Shown in pieces: positions 1 to 11,190 of a stretch of 64,000 bases of DNA. The DNA lies in assembly GCA_016839705.1 (NCBI GenBank), contig JAEOTR010000023.1:1-64000 (forward strand). The letters are read 5' to 3'. Under the pieces are notes generated by a model, which worked only from the letters and a program-made list of their open reading frames with translations, made no database searches and was not told where the DNA came from. Position numbers and translations under genes: made by a program. The DNA is from Promethearchaeota archaeon. Its GTDB lineage: Archaea; Asgardarchaeota; Lokiarchaeia; Sigyniarchaeales; SOKP01. How positions within the stretch are numbered: position 1 is the first letter of the stretch; each line of letters starts with the position of its first letter.

Positions 1-185
1 AAAATAAAAATATCTCTAATCCCATTTTTAATAAAAGTACGGATATTTCTTTCTATAATAGATAATCCACATAATTTTTTTAAATAGAAAGGTTGTTTTT
101 TAATAAGAAATGGATCATCAGGTAGAAATATTATTCCTATAAAATTAATTGAACTTTGGTTAACTGATTTATATTGATTAATCAT
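1..185 (-). CDS. N-terminal part of a nucleotidyltransferase-like protein (possibly CDP-alcohol phosphatidyltransferase fusion); runs off window
   Basis: Manual translation from ATG at 185: MINQYK...KKLCGLSIIERNIRTFIKNGIRDIFI, resembling the NTP_transferase N-terminal helix/strand; follows the NTP transferase gene. Confidence 0.5.
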   Translation of the reverse strand, partial: MINQYKSVNQSSINFIGIIFLPDDPFLIKKQPFYLKKLCGLSIIERNIRTFIKNGIRDIFI

Positions 186-204
186 ATGAAAAATTATCTT
201 AATA

Positions 205-1035
205 TTAGTTTTTTTTTCCTTTATTTAAATAAGCAAGGTACTTAGGGGGGATTAAACCAAAAGGATAAAAGTTAGATTTATTATTACAAAGTCTTATTAA
301 TTGAAGGTATATTTTATAATCATCAATGTCTAACCATATGGTATTTGGAAAATCATAATATCCGACATTTAAATCTGAATTAAGAACTGATAGAACAACG
401 TTTGTAACACCAAATTTAAATAGATTTAACTTGACTCTCTGACAGATTTTTTTAATATTTTTCGATTTTAATATAAATACACCCATATCTAAACGATTAT
501 AATTAGATAAATCCTTTCCTATATCGATGATAAAAGAATTTTTTCCATATACTTTAGTTGCATCCTCTAGGTCGTAATACCCTTTCCTGTGCATTGGATC
601 CGTAGCTAACAGAATATCCTTTCCTTTATAGTTCTTTACCAATTGAGAAAATATATTTTTTGAAAAAATATGATCTGCCATCGATAATAAAACATATTTA
701 GAAGAAATTGTATTGAGACCTAAAAAAAGGCTATATCCATTTTCCCTATCTGGAATTTTATTTTCAATAATATCTAATTCAATATTTTGTATATTTACCA
801 ATGATGGGACTACTGATTTTAAAATCCTTTTTTTGTATTTAAATTTGTTAAAAATTTTACTAGTAACAATCTTTATTTTTCTTATTCCTGCTTTAATCAT
901 TCCAGCAATAATGTAACCTAAAATATTAGAATTATTTAACTCTAAAAAGTACTTTTTAAATTTATCATTTTCATAATTAAACCTACTAGAATAACCTGCT
1001 GCTAGAATTAAACCTTCTATTTTATCCCTATCTAT
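205..1035 (-). CDS. Sugar/inositol-phosphate nucleotidyltransferase (NTP_transf_3, IPCT/LicC-like)
   Basis: Frame extends upstream of the track start (900) to include GLILAAGYSSR; also DMGVF and C-terminal WLDID; no ATG/GTG/TTG before the motif, so the start is probably ATA ~1035. Confidence 0.75.
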   Translation of the reverse strand: MDRDKIEGLILAAGYSSRFNYENDKFKKYFLELNNSNILGYIIAGMIKAGIRKIKIVTSKIFNKFKYKKRILKSVVPSLVNIQNIELDIIENKIPDRENGYSLFLGLNTISSKYVLLSMADHIFSKNIFSQLVKNYKGKDILLATDPMHRKGYYDLEDATKVYGKNSFIIDIGKDLSNYNRLDMGVFILKSKNIKKICQRVKLNLFKFGVTNVVLSVLNSDLNVGYYDFPNTIWLDIDDYKIYLQLIRLCNNKSNFYPFGLIPPKYLAYLNKGKKN

Positions 1036-1403
1036 TATTATAATCCAACTTTTTCATTCGTATTTTTAAATATCTTTTAGGGGAACTGATTTAAATAACT
1101 AAGTTTTCAGAAATTTATTCCTTATGTAATACTTCTTTTGTTGTATCCAGTCGGATATATCCGCAAAAATTCAATTTTTTTATTTCTAAACATCTCGAGA
1201 AATATTTTTTGAATTTCTTTAAGATCTAAATCTCTCTTTTATAGAAATATTAATTTATTAACCTTTATATAAGGTTTAGTTTTTTGTTAAAAAGATAAAT
1301 GGTTTATTAATTAAATAAAAAGTTATTTTAATAAATTTTTTTTTATATGAAATAAATTTAAAGTGTAAAAAATAAAAAAATTAAGGTAGATATTTTTGAG
1401 ATT

Positions 1404-2801
1404 TTATTTTATTAGTACACCAGCTTGATCAAAATTAAGGAATGCTGAAATCTTTTCTTTAAGTGGATATATTCCCTCTTTCAACAGAGTATATAAGAAA
1501 ATCACTATAAATATTGTTGAGCCTAATCCGGGTGCTAATCTACTCAGGGAATCCATAAAAGTAGTAGAGGGATCAAGCGAAAGAAACATCCAAACTAACG
1601 AAATTCCAGCAATTAAAATCGATATAAAGGAAATTGTTACTGCAGTTTTTTTGCTAAGATTCAAATGCAAAGGTCCAATATCAAGTCGAAAAAACTTGGG
1701 TTGTACTACTATTGAAAGAATAGTATGGCTAATTATTTTCTCCTCAAATTCTATGAATACATTTAAAAATCTTCTTTCGATTTCTTTTTTCTTCTTTTTC
1801 TTTTTTTTCGATTTCAGTGGCATTATGGAAAAAATCATAACCGGGGGATTTACCGCATCTTTTTTTACTTCGACTTTTCCAAATATGGGATGAACTTCAA
1901 AACCTTCTCCTTCAATTTTGAGATCTAAAACAGGAGGTTCCTTTTTTGTTGTAACAACTTGAACAGTAGTTTTATAAATGGTTTTTCCTTCTTCATCAAC
2001 TATTTTCAATTCCTCATGTGAAAAATACACATAAAACAGATAACTTCGTTGCTCCATCATAACAGAGTAATATTGTAGTCCCATATTAATATCATATTCT
2101 GTAGGTTGAGGTGCTTCAGCTTCGGTTGTAGATACTATAGGTTTCGCTGGCTCACTAGCTCTAGCACCTGCAAATGCGTCGGAAGGAGGTGGAGGTGCTG
2201 CAGGGGCAGATTTTGGTGCGGGACGTTCAGCAGGTTCGCTCATCGGACCACCACCAGGAGCGGGAGAAGGAGGTGGCATGGATCGTTTTCTCATTTTTAC
2301 AGATTCCTTTTTTTCTTCCGATGCTTGTTTTTCACGTTCATCTCTACTTAAAACTGCCTCTTCTTCAAATATCTCTTCTTTATATTTGACGTCATCTGCA
2401 ATTGAAGACAGAGTACTAACTTCCTCGTCATAATCTTCTTCTTCAATTTTATATGTATCTTTCTTCTTGAAATCCATAACCTTTTGTGGTTTTGCCTTCT
2501 TTCCTTTTTTCTTTTCGGTCTTTTTTTTTCCTGCTAGTTTTAAGTTCTTTACCTTTGTATTACCATGAATTTTATTAAGCGTATTAGCGTCTAAAAAATA
2601 AATATCCTCACGTTCAAATTGAACATCTCCTAACGAAGCGTAAATATCGTTTAAAACTTGACTAATCCTCACAGATTTCTTATAAATTCCTACAAACATA
2701 AAATCTAAGATTTTTACAGATAATATATTTGTCTTTTTATCATAAGACATGTCATTAGTCGTAATTTCAATACTCGAAATATTTTGTAACAGTTCCACCA
2801 T
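1404..2801 (-). CDS. Hypothetical membrane-anchored protein with charged and proline-rich linker and two C-terminal TM helices
   Basis: 465 aa ORF; PPPSPAP and APAAPPPPS segments; hydrophobic C-terminal helices; GAGGT SD upstream. Confidence 0.75.
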   Translation of the reverse strand: MVELLQNISSIEITTNDMSYDKKTNILSVKILDFMFVGIYKKSVRISQVLNDIYASLGDVQFEREDIYFLDANTLNKIHGNTKVKNLKLAGKKKTEKKKGKKAKPQKVMDFKKKDTYKIEEEDYDEEVSTLSSIADDVKYKEEIFEEEAVLSRDEREKQASEEKKESVKMRKRSMPPPSPAPGGGPMSEPAERPAPKSAPAAPPPPSDAFAGARASEPAKPIVSTTEAEAPQPTEYDINMGLQYYSVMMEQRSYLFYVYFSHEELKIVDEEGKTIYKTTVQVVTTKKEPPVLDLKIEGEGFEVHPIFGKVEVKKDAVNPPVMIFSIMPLKSKKKKKKKKEIERRFLNVFIEFEEKIISHTILSIVVQPKFFRLDIGPLHLNLSKKTAVTISFISILIAGISLVWMFLSLDPSTTFMDSLSRLAPGLGSTIFIVIFLYTLLKEGIYPLKEKISAFLNFDQAGVLIK

Positions 2802-2973
2802 AATTCATACCTCTTTATTAGATTAGATGAAAAGTATATTAAATCTTTATAGTTAACAATTATCTTCTTATAAGTTTTTATATTGAAATTATAAATAATA
2901 AAGTAGTTAGTCTATTTATATAAGATAGTTATCGCATTTGCTAATAAAAGAATATCAATATTTGAAATACATT

Positions 2974-3981
2974 TTAGGAATTTAAATCTCTAAAATAAGC
3001 TTTAATCAGTAATAATTTATCTTTCACCTTTCTTATTTTCTCGATATTTTCTTCAATGCCGATAAACTTCTTTATCGCATTATTAATCAATGTAAGATGC
3101 TCATAAGCTTTAGGATTTTCATAGACATTCTGATCAAAATGTTCTTCCCATGGCTTTAATTTCGGGAGAGAATCAACATTTCTTAAGGACCATTTAACTT
3201 TTTCCTTATAATCTTCTGTTAGTGGTTTTAAATTAAATTTATTCCATCTTTGAATTACCCAAGGAGCATATTCATGTAATTTATCAAAATCATACTCAAG
3301 ATCATCTCTCCATTCATACTGGTGCACCCAATTAGCTACAGCTAGAAAATTATCGTTTTTAGATTTAATAAAAGGAAAAAATTTCCAGGGAGTCTGTGTA
3401 ATATCTTCCTCGTTAAATGGATGTCCCTCTCCATATTGGAACAAGTAACCGACATTTTCTATACTTCCTTTATTGAGTGGATTTAATTTCAAATAGGTTT
3501 CAATTTGTGAGATAGTAATCTTACTTCCTAATACTTCCTCTTGATACATTTTATATATAACATTTTTTACCTCATTTGGATGGCAATTACCTGTAAAAAT
3601 AGGGTAATAAGAAAAACAATAGAAGTTGGCATTATCTATCGATTTTCCCTTAAACACTTCAAACCAGCATTCTAATGGTTTAATATATACATTAGATTTA
3701 AGATAATTTATCATGAGGAGAATTGCGCTAATTACGCCAATGGTAATGAAGATGATAAATAAGAATAAACTAAATAATATCGGAGCTAAAAAGTATGTAA
3801 TAGCAATATAAATAAGTAATCCTCCCGCTATGAAGAAGAAGGCTATTAATGAGATGTATGCCTCATGTTCTTTATCTTTCTTTGAATAAAGTATAGTAGG
3901 GGCATATTTAATTATAATTTCCTTACCAAATTCTTCAAGGAATTGATCATAGTCAACTTTATCCCATTCAGAATCAGACAT
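2974..3981 (-). CDS. Hypothetical membrane protein (two N-terminal TM helices)
   Basis: 335 aa ORF with hydrophobic hairpin near the N-terminus. Confidence 0.7.
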   Translation of the reverse strand: MSDSEWDKVDYDQFLEEFGKEIIIKYAPTILYSKKDKEHEAYISLIAFFFIAGGLLIYIAITYFLAPILFSLFLFIIFITIGVISAILLMINYLKSNVYIKPLECWFEVFKGKSIDNANFYCFSYYPIFTGNCHPNEVKNVIYKMYQEEVLGSKITISQIETYLKLNPLNKGSIENVGYLFQYGEGHPFNEEDITQTPWKFFPFIKSKNDNFLAVANWVHQYEWRDDLEYDFDKLHEYAPWVIQRWNKFNLKPLTEDYKEKVKWSLRNVDSLPKLKPWEEHFDQNVYENPKAYEHLTLINNAIKKFIGIEENIEKIRKVKDKLLLIKAYFRDLNS

Positions 3982-4149
3982 GTGTACTAGGAAAGATAAT
4001 TTATTTATTTAAATTTGATTTTATCTTATAAAAAGATTGTTAAAAAGGGATCTTGAGGGATATAAGATATGATTCATAAAACTAAAAGATGAGTTTTAAT
4101 TAATAAAATCATTATAACCATTCTTAAAATTTAAAAAAGAAAAGAGAAA

Positions 4150-5637
4150 TTGAGGATATTGCCGATGGATCCCAATACTAATAGAACCTTGGATACACTA
4201 TTTAACCCTCGTAATATAGCCATTTACAAAGCGAGTAATAAACTAGATTATTTTCTAATGGGGCTAAGACAACACAACTTTCCAAAAGACAAATTGTATT
4301 TGGTTAATCCTGAAGTAGATGAAGTTTTTGGTCAGAAAACTATCAAATCTTTTGGGGAGATCCCAGAAGATACTATTGATTTATTGATTTTAGCAATTGG
4401 AAGAGATAAAATCATTGAGACTTTAAAAATGTTGATTCATCAGAAAAAGATTAAAACGATCCATATCTTTACTGCGGGAATGGGAGAATCTGATAATGTA
4501 GGAAAAGAGCTTGAGAAAGAGATGATGAATATTTTACACAGTAATGAAGATAACATTCGTGCTATTGGTCCAAACTGTATGGGTGTATATTCTCCGAAAG
4601 GACATATCGCTTATGAACCATTTCTTCCAATAGAGCCTGGAAATATATCCTTTGTATTTCAATCAGGAGATCTGCATTCTCAAACGATAAGAATAGGCGC
4701 AAGGCGATATAATTTAAGATATTCAAAAGGAGCTAGTGTTGGGAATTGTCTTGATTTACAAGTTTCTGATTTTTTGAATTATTTTAACAATGATATTGAA
4801 ACGGATATCATTGGGGTATATTTTGAAGGTTTTTCAAAACTTCATCCTAATGAAGGGAAAAAATTTCTAGATACTCTTAAAAGTATGAAAAAACCTGTTT
4901 TATTTATGAATGGGGGGAATACTGAGAGAGCACAAACTGCAGTCTTAACACACACAGGATCAATTGGTTCAAACAAAAATATTTGGAATGGTGTCATAAA
5001 ACAAACACCTATTATTAATGTTCCAACTTCCATGGATGATATGATTGACTATCTTTACCTCTTTAATAGTTATTTTAGTAGATTCAAAAAGCAAGGCAAA
5101 ACCTTAGAAGCTGTTAAATATCCTATGGGAAAAAATGTCTTATTGATTCTGTGGTCAGGTGGATTTGGGATTATTGATACAAACACATTAACAGAATTAG
5201 GATTAAACGTTCCTTATTTTGATGGGAAACGCCTGGAAAAATTAAGAAAAATATATCCTATCAAAATAGGAAGTCTAAATAACCCTATAGATATTCCGTG
5301 GATCTCGTCTTCCGCAAAATACATCGAAGTTGCTAAAACAGCTATTTCAGAAAATATTGATCTAGTATTGATCGAAACAGATATATTTGGTAATGATTTT
5401 GATCCTGAAAATCTAAGTAATTATTACAGAAATATTTTAACACTAAAAGAGTACACCGAATCTCTAGGTAAGACTTTTATGTTAATTCTACCCCAATATC
5501 CAGGCAAAAAAAGAGAAAAATATATCAATAAACTTTTTGAAGATGGATTTATTGTTTATCCTTCAGTCCGAAGAGCAGGCAAATCATTTCTAGCTCTTTA
5601 TGAATATGGCAAAAAAGTCAAAACCTTAAATAAATAG
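4150..5637 (+). CDS. Acyl-CoA synthetase (NDP-forming), alpha/CoA-binding subunit
   Basis: LFNPRNIA, IGPNCMG, FQSG, SVGN, YFEG, phospho-His THTGS, NPID; start may be ATG 4165. Confidence 0.85.
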   Translation: MRILPMDPNTNRTLDTLFNPRNIAIYKASNKLDYFLMGLRQHNFPKDKLYLVNPEVDEVFGQKTIKSFGEIPEDTIDLLILAIGRDKIIETLKMLIHQKKIKTIHIFTAGMGESDNVGKELEKEMMNILHSNEDNIRAIGPNCMGVYSPKGHIAYEPFLPIEPGNISFVFQSGDLHSQTIRIGARRYNLRYSKGASVGNCLDLQVSDFLNYFNNDIETDIIGVYFEGFSKLHPNEGKKFLDTLKSMKKPVLFMNGGNTERAQTAVLTHTGSIGSNKNIWNGVIKQTPIINVPTSMDDMIDYLYLFNSYFSRFKKQGKTLEAVKYPMGKNVLLILWSGGFGIIDTNTLTELGLNVPYFDGKRLEKLRKIYPIKIGSLNNPIDIPWISSSAKYIEVAKTAISENIDLVLIETDIFGNDFDPENLSNYYRNILTLKEYTESLGKTFMLILPQYPGKKREKYINKLFEDGFIVYPSVRRAGKSFLALYEYGKKVKTLNK

Positions 5638-5687
5638 ATAAATCTATTCCCATTGAAATTTTTAATTAAGATTGCTCATTATAGGTA

Positions 5688-8042
5688 TTGAAGCAATTTA
5701 TGGTTGATTTCGAGGAATTTTTACGCTATTTAAAGTCTCAGGATTATTATTCTGATCAAATTTACCATATTGAACATATTCCCCAAAAAGAAGCTCAATA
5801 TAGTGCCTTAGAAGAACCATTAAGAAAACGCCTTCAGAGGTGGTTAGATAACAACAACATCAATCTCTGGCGTCATCAGACAGATGCAATAAATTCAATT
5901 CGTAAAGGAAATAATACAGTTGTTGTAACCTCTACCGCATCTGGAAAATCTCTCTGTTACAACCTTCCTGTAGTACAAGCAATCTTAGAGGAGCCAAAAA
6001 CAACGGCAATTTATATATTCCCAACAAAAGCTTTAGCAAGAGATCAATTCACCGTTTTATCTCAATTATTAGCAAATACTAATATAAAACAAAATAGAGT
6101 TGGAGTTTATGATGGGAGTGTGGATGCAAATGAAAAGAGACTAGTTTTAGCTAATGCTAATATAATAATAACTAATCCGTATGGGCTCCATTTTTATTTA
6201 CCATGGTTTAAACAAAAATGGAGGAGAATTGTTCAAAATCTAAAATATATTGTCCTGGATGAGATTCATATCTATAGGGGGATTTTTGGCTCGAATTTTG
6301 CGCTTTTGATTAGAAGACTAAAAAGAATGCTTGATATTTACAATATAAAGCCTCAATGGATTTTATCTAGCGCTACAATTAATAATCCCCAAGTTTTTTG
6401 TGAAAAGTTAATTGGTGAAGAGTTTCACATTATCGAAAGAGATGATTCTCCATCAGGAGCTAAAAAAGTTATTTTATGGGACTTACCTTATGATCAGGTT
6501 TCAAAAAAATATCGTTCACCACACCAAGAAACTAAAAATCTCTTTATGAGTCATTTAAAATTTAGGGATGGTATACAAACATTAACCTTTACGTTATCAA
6601 GGAAAATGGCGGAGTTACAGGCAATATGGACAAGAGAATCTATTCCTAGGTTAAAAGATAAAATTTTTAGTTATCGAGCCGGTATTAGCAAAAAGAAAAG
6701 GAGAGAAATCGAACAAGGCTTCAAAAATCGAAAAATCTTAGGTATTAGTTCTACCAATGCTCTTGAATTAGGTATAGATATAGGTTCTTTAGATGCTACA
6801 ATAAGTTCTGGCTTTCCAGGAACAATTTCGAGCTTCAGACAACAAATTGGTCGTTCGGGAAGAGGGACAGATCTCTCTATTTCTACTCTTATTCCGATGC
6901 CTGATCCTTTGGATCTTTTTTATATCCACAATCCTAATCAGCTATTTGGACCCATAAAAGAAGAATTACTTATTACACTCAATAATAAATACATCATCAA
7001 GAACCATTTATGTTGTGCGTCTAAGGAGATCCCTATTAGAATTGAGGATTATAAGAAATTCGGGGTCCAAGACAAAGAATTCTTTTTACAATGTTTGAAT
7101 GAATTGATTTCAGAATCTCTGCTTTTAAAGCAGGGAGATCGCTTTTATTGGAATAGCGATTTTTTTCCAAATGAAAAGTATGGATTAAATGACCTTTCAA
7201 CTAAAGGATATAAAGTTATACTAAGAACTGAAATTAGTGAAGAATTATTAACTGTTGAGGATGAAAGTTTTGTATTTCGAGATCTACATCCTGGAGCGGT
7301 TTACCTATACGAAGCCGAAGCGTATATAGTGGAGGATCTTGATCTGGAAGAAAGAATGGTATATCTTTGCAAAAAAAATGTGGATTATTATACTCAATCT
7401 TTAAAGCATACAGATATCACCCCACTTGAGGTAATTTATGAAGGCACAGCAGGAGTAGATAACAATTTATCCTCATATTTCGGAAAAGTGAAAGTAGAGC
7501 ATGAATATTATTCCTATAAAGTTGTTGATACGTTAACTCAAGAAATCCGCTCAAGACATCCCCTTGAGGATATTCCACTTATTAAATTCGAATCCCAAGC
7601 TGTATGGTTCACGATTCCCTTCGAAAATCAAAAGGAAGTAGAAAATAAGGGGTATGATCTTGGAGGAACTGTTCATGCCATTGAACATGCGATGATTGCG
7701 ATGGCTCCTGCTTTAGCTCAAATTTCTCGCTGGGATCTAGGGGGGGTTTCAATAGATTTCGATCCTATCAAACAACAACCAATAATTTATATCTATGATG
7801 CTTACAGAGGTGGTATTGGGATATCTGAAACGTTGTATTTTAATCTGGATGAATTAATGTTACTTGCTTTTAAGTTAATTAAATCTTGTAGCTGTAAAGC
7901 CTCTAATGGTTGTCCAGCATGTATAATGTCCCCAAAGTGTGGTAATTCAAATGATCCATTAGACAAACAAGGAGCATTCTTTCTGCTAGGAAATTTAACT
8001 AATAGTGAAACGGGAATTTCAGTTGATTTAGAAGAAGAATAA
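5688..8042 (+). CDS. DEAD/DEAH SF2 helicase with DUF1998 (Hrq1/MrfA/SftH family)
   Basis: TASGKS, PTKALARDQ, DEIH, SAT, ALELGIDIG, QQIGRSGR; C-terminal CSC...GCPAC...KC zinc site. Confidence 0.92.
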   Translation: MKQFMVDFEEFLRYLKSQDYYSDQIYHIEHIPQKEAQYSALEEPLRKRLQRWLDNNNINLWRHQTDAINSIRKGNNTVVVTSTASGKSLCYNLPVVQAILEEPKTTAIYIFPTKALARDQFTVLSQLLANTNIKQNRVGVYDGSVDANEKRLVLANANIIITNPYGLHFYLPWFKQKWRRIVQNLKYIVLDEIHIYRGIFGSNFALLIRRLKRMLDIYNIKPQWILSSATINNPQVFCEKLIGEEFHIIERDDSPSGAKKVILWDLPYDQVSKKYRSPHQETKNLFMSHLKFRDGIQTLTFTLSRKMAELQAIWTRESIPRLKDKIFSYRAGISKKKRREIEQGFKNRKILGISSTNALELGIDIGSLDATISSGFPGTISSFRQQIGRSGRGTDLSISTLIPMPDPLDLFYIHNPNQLFGPIKEELLITLNNKYIIKNHLCCASKEIPIRIEDYKKFGVQDKEFFLQCLNELISESLLLKQGDRFYWNSDFFPNEKYGLNDLSTKGYKVILRTEISEELLTVEDESFVFRDLHPGAVYLYEAEAYIVEDLDLEERMVYLCKKNVDYYTQSLKHTDITPLEVIYEGTAGVDNNLSSYFGKVKVEHEYYSYKVVDTLTQEIRSRHPLEDIPLIKFESQAVWFTIPFENQKEVENKGYDLGGTVHAIEHAMIAMAPALAQISRWDLGGVSIDFDPIKQQPIIYIYDAYRGGIGISETLYFNLDELMLLAFKLIKSCSCKASNGCPACIMSPKCGNSNDPLDKQGAFFLLGNLTNSETGISVDLEEE

Positions 8043-8208
8043 CAATATCTCATATTTCTGAACACATTTTTTAGCAGTAATCTTAAAATTGATTTTGATG
8101 TTAAATTTTTAAGGAGTAAAAACAATATAATATTTAATATTAGTCTGATACCTACAAAATTAGGTAAAACTCTAAAAAAACAAAATCTTATTAAAATGGG
8201 TTTCAGGG

Positions 8209-8745
8209 TTGGCAAGCGAAATATTTACATTTAAAATAGTAATTTTTGGAGACCCCCGGACAGGAAAAACTACTCTTACTCATAGATTTTTGACGAATTT
8301 ATTCAAAGAAGAAATTTCTATGACACTTGGCTTAGATTTCATGCTGAAGGCGGTAGATATAGACAATATAAAAATTAAACTTCAGATTTGGGACTTTGCT
8401 GGTGAGGAACGATTTAGATTTCTATTTCCCTCTTATATCAGAGGTGCAAAAGGTGGAATTTTTATGTATGATATTACAAACTATGGCTCACTCGCACATG
8501 TTGATGATTGGCTTGAAATTGTAAACAAAGAAATAGATTACGACTTCCCTATTATATTTGTTGGTGGAAAAACAGACTTAATTCACCTTAAAGAAGTTTC
8601 GACAAGAAAGGCAATGGAAGTGGCAAACTCAAAAGGCGCTGATGGATTTATAGAATGCAGTTCTAAGACGGGAGAGAATGTTCATAAAATATTTCACTTA
8701 TTAACTAAACTAATCCTAAAAAATAAGAATCCTGAACAAAATTAA
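8209..8745 (+). CDS. Rab/Ras-like small GTPase
   Basis: GDPRTGKTT, TLGLDF, WDFAGEERF, G4 variant GKTD, CSSK. Confidence 0.9.
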   Translation: MASEIFTFKIVIFGDPRTGKTTLTHRFLTNLFKEEISMTLGLDFMLKAVDIDNIKIKLQIWDFAGEERFRFLFPSYIRGAKGGIFMYDITNYGSLAHVDDWLEIVNKEIDYDFPIIFVGGKTDLIHLKEVSTRKAMEVANSKGADGFIECSSKTGENVHKIFHLLTKLILKNKNPEQN

Positions 8746-8814
8746 TAGATTTTCGCATGATTCTATGATCTATTAAGATAATTTTTTTAATCTTTAACGA
8801 ATTTTTTATAATTT

Positions 8815-9318
8815 ATGGCTACAGATAATTTGAAATGGGAAGATCTCGTTTCACCAACAATGAGTCCTGACGACTATTTAAAAGAATATGGTGAAAAAAT
8901 AGAAAATAACTTTAAGACATACAAACCAAAATTAGATGTTTTAGAAAAAATCTGTTCCCTACTTAAAGATAAAAAGGAAAAGTTAAAAATTGTTGCGTTA
9001 GGAGCAGACTGGTGTCCAGATTGCAACATAAATGTACCCAGAATGATAAAAATAGTAAACTTGATGGAAGACAAGGATGTCAATTTTAAAATTTTGTATG
9101 GTATCATGGTAAATGCTTTACATAAGCCTGGAGAAACTATATGGCATAAAAAACGGTCGCCGTCGGAAGCAATGGAGCCTAAATTTGATTTAAAAAAAAT
9201 TCCAACGTTCTACTTTTTTAATGAAAGTGGTGATCTTCTGGGGATTATCGTAGAAAATCCTAAATACTCCTCAACTCTAGAAGAAGATTTACTTGAAATC
9301 TTAGAAAATAATCTATAG
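8815..9318 (+). CDS. Thioredoxin-family protein
   Basis: WCPDC motif; IPTF cis-Pro loop. Confidence 0.85.
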   Translation: MATDNLKWEDLVSPTMSPDDYLKEYGEKIENNFKTYKPKLDVLEKICSLLKDKKEKLKIVALGADWCPDCNINVPRMIKIVNLMEDKDVNFKILYGIMVNALHKPGETIWHKKRSPSEAMEPKFDLKKIPTFYFFNESGDLLGIIVENPKYSSTLEEDLLEILENNL

Positions 9319-9338
9319 AAATACTGTTTTTGTTTGTT

Positions 9339-9379
9339 TTTTTAAAAATCTATTTCTTTGTGTATTAAAATTTAAATTA
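9339..9379 (+). repeat. 41-bp direct repeat, left island boundary
   Basis: tttttaaaaatctatttctttGtgtattaaaatttaaatta; matches 20783-20823 with one mismatch. Confidence 0.9.
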
Positions 9380-9594
9380 CTTCTGAAGAGGAAATAACTA
9401 ATGTTCTAGACCATGTTGAGGTTTCTCTTAAGCATGTATCTGATGTTCTTATAAATAGATTTATAAAAGATTATAGCCAAGAGAGAGATTTTGTACAAGA
9501 TAATTTGACCTACCGTATTGAATTTTTTAAAAATTATTTCAAAGAATCACTACAGAATAAAATGCCTGAAACAATTAATTACAATAAAAAATAG
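9376..9594 (+). pseudogene. Start-less 72-codon reading frame (probable gene remnant) at the island junction
   Basis: Open frame ITSEEEITNVLDHVEVSLKHVSDVLINRFIKDY...NYNKK* beginning at the repeat end, with no canonical start near its 5' end. Confidence 0.4.
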
Positions 9595-9759
9595 GAAAGT
9601 AAACCAATAGGAAGATACTAAAAAGCTACTCTTTTTCCAATAGGGATATTCTTCTACTTTAATTCAATTCATTTGGGAAATAATCTTTAATAATTCAATA
9701 ATTTAATTAAATCTCATTTAAGCTCTTACAACACCAATATTAAGCAAAAATCCAAGAAA

Positions 9760-9811
9760 TAAAAAAAAAAAGAAAAAAAAAAGAAAGTCATTATGCTCCG
9801 CAGGAGCGGAA
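9760..9811 (-). terminator. Probable terminator of the BMP gene
   Basis: Short GC hairpin (gctcc-gca-ggagc) followed on the minus strand by long T tracts. Confidence 0.45.
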
Positions 9812-11050
9812 TTAAGATTTGTGTTTATTAACGATTCTCCGTGATCTGTTTATCAATACCAACATCACACCAAGCATTGTTGTTGTTGCTAACCCTATGT
9901 ATAAAAGGGGGAATCCAGGTATAGGTGGGGCAGCATCTATGGGACAGTCTGTAGGTTCATCCGGTCCAGTTGATTCATCATCCCATATACGGGGGACTAC
10001 GATTGTACCGTTAGCAATACCGGCTTTGGCATTATCAACTTGATCTTTCACTGACTGAGGGATTATAGTATCATAATGATGGTAGGGATATAGGTAATTA
10101 CCAATGGGTAATTCCCAAGATGTTCCACCCAGCTCTGATATGCCTGTTCCATTCTCGATTTCCTGTGCGACTAAATCCATCATGAGTGTTGTATTCATCC
10201 CAATGCTAGTCATTGTGTTTAAAGGTGCTAAGCTATATTGATCAGCAACCGTTCCGATTACTGCAATACCGGCCTCTATGCAAGCAGCGATAACTCCTCT
10301 TCCGGTTGTATCAGCTACCTGGACAACAATATCAACATTTTTTGATTGTATCAGCGATTCAGTGATCTGTTTACCAAGCGCAGCATCACCCCAATCACCA
10401 GCCACTCTACCATGCACGCAAGCGATATCGTTAACACTCTCAACGCCAGCTTTAAAAGCATAGAACTCCATTGACAGGTATTCATACCATTCTCCAAAAA
10501 TTACACCCAGATTATCGGTTTCTGTCATCAATCCTGCGAGTACTCCAGCTAGGTAGTGACCTTCTGTCTGGAAAGCTGGATGAAGACCCACCGTATTATT
10601 TGGGCAAGGTGCGTATGGGTTAAGACCGGGTATCTGAACAAATAAGGTTTCATTGTATAGTTCAGCAACCCCCGAGAAGTAGGAAGTTTCTATGAATTGG
10701 CCTCCGACCATGAAAACCACATCATATCCAGCAGCACCGTAAGCACTAGCTACAGTATACTGATCGGGATACGCTATTTGGCGTGATATGCTTATATTCC
10801 AACCATAATTGGCCTCCAGAGCGTACATACCTTGTATTGCCACCCAAGAGAATCCCAGGTCGGTTTCATCACCACCTATCATGAGAGCCGCCTTATATGG
10901 TGGTCCTATACTCATAGTAGGTGACTCAATTTGTAACTCGTCATTTGAGATCATGGTTGTACTTGGAACCATTGGAAACATTGAAACCATAATTATAGCC
11001 GTTATGACGATTATGGAGAATCTCCATTTCATATTTGTTTTAACTTTCAT
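9812..11050 (-). CDS. BMP/PnrA-family nucleoside ABC transporter substrate-binding protein with Loki-CTERM-like C-terminal anchor
   Basis: Signal peptide; DLGFS, EGHYLAGVLAGLMT, GDWGD, GRGVI; C-terminal IPGFPL + TM + basic tail. Confidence 0.88.
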   Translation of the reverse strand: MKVKTNMKWRFSIIVITAIIMVSMFPMVPSTTMISNDELQIESPTMSIGPPYKAALMIGGDETDLGFSWVAIQGMYALEANYGWNISISRQIAYPDQYTVASAYGAAGYDVVFMVGGQFIETSYFSGVAELYNETLFVQIPGLNPYAPCPNNTVGLHPAFQTEGHYLAGVLAGLMTETDNLGVIFGEWYEYLSMEFYAFKAGVESVNDIACVHGRVAGDWGDAALGKQITESLIQSKNVDIVVQVADTTGRGVIAACIEAGIAVIGTVADQYSLAPLNTMTSIGMNTTLMMDLVAQEIENGTGISELGGTSWELPIGNYLYPYHHYDTIIPQSVKDQVDNAKAGIANGTIVVPRIWDDESTGPDEPTDCPIDAAPPIPGFPLLYIGLATTTMLGVMLVLINRSRRIVNKHKS

Positions 11051-11190
11051 TATTAATCTAACTATCTAGTTTTGATTTCATTTTTAATAAGATTATTTAC
11101 ATAATCCTCCATCATTTATTAATCATTGATCATTTCATATGAATATTATAAAATGGTTGATAATACCACTTATAGGTTTAATGATTTGAA

